Positions 62,480 through 64,000 of a DNA stretch of 64,000 nt are shown here, piece by piece (within the stretch, counting starts at the first letter, position 1; each line of letters opens with the position of its first letter). The translations under genes were made by a program, and so were the position numbers. Below the pieces are notes generated by a model that saw only the letters and a list, made by a program, of their open reading frames with translations, was not told where the DNA came from and did no database searches. Where the stretch lies: IMG/VR virus record IMGVR_UViG_3300011269_000001; one strand, written 5' to 3'. Origin of the DNA: a virus.

Positions 62480-62518
62480 ATACTAACACAGTCCCAAACG
62501 GAAATCAACTGTGATTTC
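62480..62518 (-). promoter_or_regulatory. Promoter of the RAMP operon with an overlapping palindrome
   Basis: TTGATT-17-TAGTAT. Inverted repeat GAAATCA-ACTG-TGATTTC (62501-62518) covers the -35. Confidence 0.6.
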
Positions 62519-62805
62519 AAAACGATAGAGCATCGGCTTTTTACGGCAGTGCTCTACCATTTTTTCAGCAACGGTTTCGATGAGATGCAAAGGACAGCTG
62601 AAAAGAAACGGTTGAAAGAAACAGCCTCAAAACTTCTTCACGACCGACTCGGGGAATTAGGGCTTACTCTTGGCCCGGACCTGTTCACGGACATTGAGAA
62701 GCGGTAAGCCAGCGTCGATGCCAGTTCCGGTGGACCTTCAGTGCCCGCCGGCTCCCGAACAAGCGCTCACAATCCAGGCATTGTCGCCCACGGCCCGTGC
62801 GCCTT

Positions 62806-63174
62806 TCAGCCTGACCCTCCGGATGCGCTTGCTTTCCGGAAGTGCCAGACAAGCTTGCGCAGCCGTGCCTCAGTACTGGGTTCAATTCCCAGTGCCAGCA
62901 ATGCCCCGACCTCGGGTTCATAGACACCGGTGATTCTGACGTACTTAATCCCACGCCTGTCAAGTGCCGTAGCCAATAATTCCATTGGCCCGGCTTCGGC
63001 TTGGAGGGCAATGAATGCAGTCCTGGAATCAGGAGCCAGGCCAAGGACACCAGACTCTCCGGCGGCATGGCCTATCATCACCATCTTCATCTCAGGTGCG
63101 AGGTCTTCGCGGACCAGGCAATAGTGCCTTGCCTCCCGGCTGCCCTCGCCCTTTTCAGCAGGTACCGTTCCCAT
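62806..63174 (-). CDS. Peptidyl-tRNA hydrolase (PTH2 family)
   Basis: YCLVREDL...MIGHAAGE...YEPEVGALLALGIEP. Confidence 0.7.
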   Translation of the reverse strand: MGTVPAEKGEGSREARHYCLVREDLAPEMKMVMIGHAAGESGVLGLAPDSRTAFIALQAEAGPMELLATALDRRGIKYVRITGVYEPEVGALLALGIEPSTEARLRKLVWHFRKASASGGSG

Positions 63175-64000
63175 TTTACCGCCCTCCGGGTAGCCAGGTC
63201 CCCACGATGGTCTCGAACATCATCTTCTCCCGGAGCGCTTCGCCTTTCATCATCAGCGCCGCAAACTTGTTGGATTCCTCTCGTAGACGTTCGTTCTCTA
63301 GGGTGAGCCTTTGGTTCTCCAGTCGAAGACTTCGAAGCTCATATCGAAGCTCATCCATTGCTGGCTCCTGCCTGCGACTTCATGAAGTTGTCGTAGAGGT
63401 CCCGGACGGCCTTGTTGGTATCGAAGAGAACTTTGAAATCTGGATTTGGGTCGATATCCGACTTAATTTTTTTGGCAGTATGCGCGCCGTACCTTTTGAC
63501 AAGGTCAGATTTTTCTTTCTCTTCTGCCCCATAGTGCAAAGTCACTTCGAGAAGAACGCCGGTCAACCGCCAGACAGCCACCCGTGGTCCGACCGTATTC
63601 AACTCTCTGATGAACGCGTCTTCGATTGTCTGGAAGTCCATTTATTAGTCCTTTTCTATAGCGGCCCCGTCGGGGGTGAATTTTACCAAGATGAAATCGC
63701 TTTCGCCGGCGCCGTTTTTTGGAAAGACCCGATAACTGTTCTTTGAATGAGGCTCGATTACCATCAACCGTCCGGGTCCATAATACCTAATCAGCTCATC
63801 CCGTTTGAGGCCCGGCTCCGAAGCTCCGACGCGGTATCCGGTGCTGCATTCGATGCCCAGGTTTCTGTCGGTGGCCCATCCCAACACTTCTTCAATTGAC
63901 ATAACCCGACTCCATCCGGGAAGTCCGATATTGGGGGCAAGGGCACCGTGATGGTCCATCCTGGAAAGGTCGACTCGGAGTCGAGTCACTTCTTCGAGCA

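Overview
A 64 kb segment of a large contractile-tailed (myovirus-type, probably jumbo) phage genome. Virion genes on the + strand are a Herelleviridae-like major capsid protein (MCP), a probable scaffold, neck/adaptor proteins, tail sheath and tail tube. They are scattered between blocks of small accessory genes, and most are preceded by a shared CAATCT[T/A] motif (putative late promoter). Accessory blocks carry ThyX, dNMP kinase, RNA ligase, oligoribonuclease, PTH2, a PRTase, DUF932, two HNH-type endonucleases and three tRNAs. Highlights: (1) a stand-alone RAMP/Cas7-like gene plus a partner gene, followed by a non-CRISPR array of GGY-NN pentamers split into units by an invariant CAAAGCAGGC motif, which is a candidate RNA-guided system; (2) multi-enzyme virion polyproteins whose domains are separated by hydrophobic-x-K|[A/S/T] motifs like the likely MCP maturation site; (3) accessory proteins made of fragments of this phage's own tail tube and capsid proteins (possible decoys); (4) a DUF4326 gene with an in-frame TGA at a conserved Cys, followed by a SECIS-like hairpin; (5) a 144-nt tRNA-like RNA with its own promoter. 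All family assignments come from recognising motifs by eye; no searches were run.
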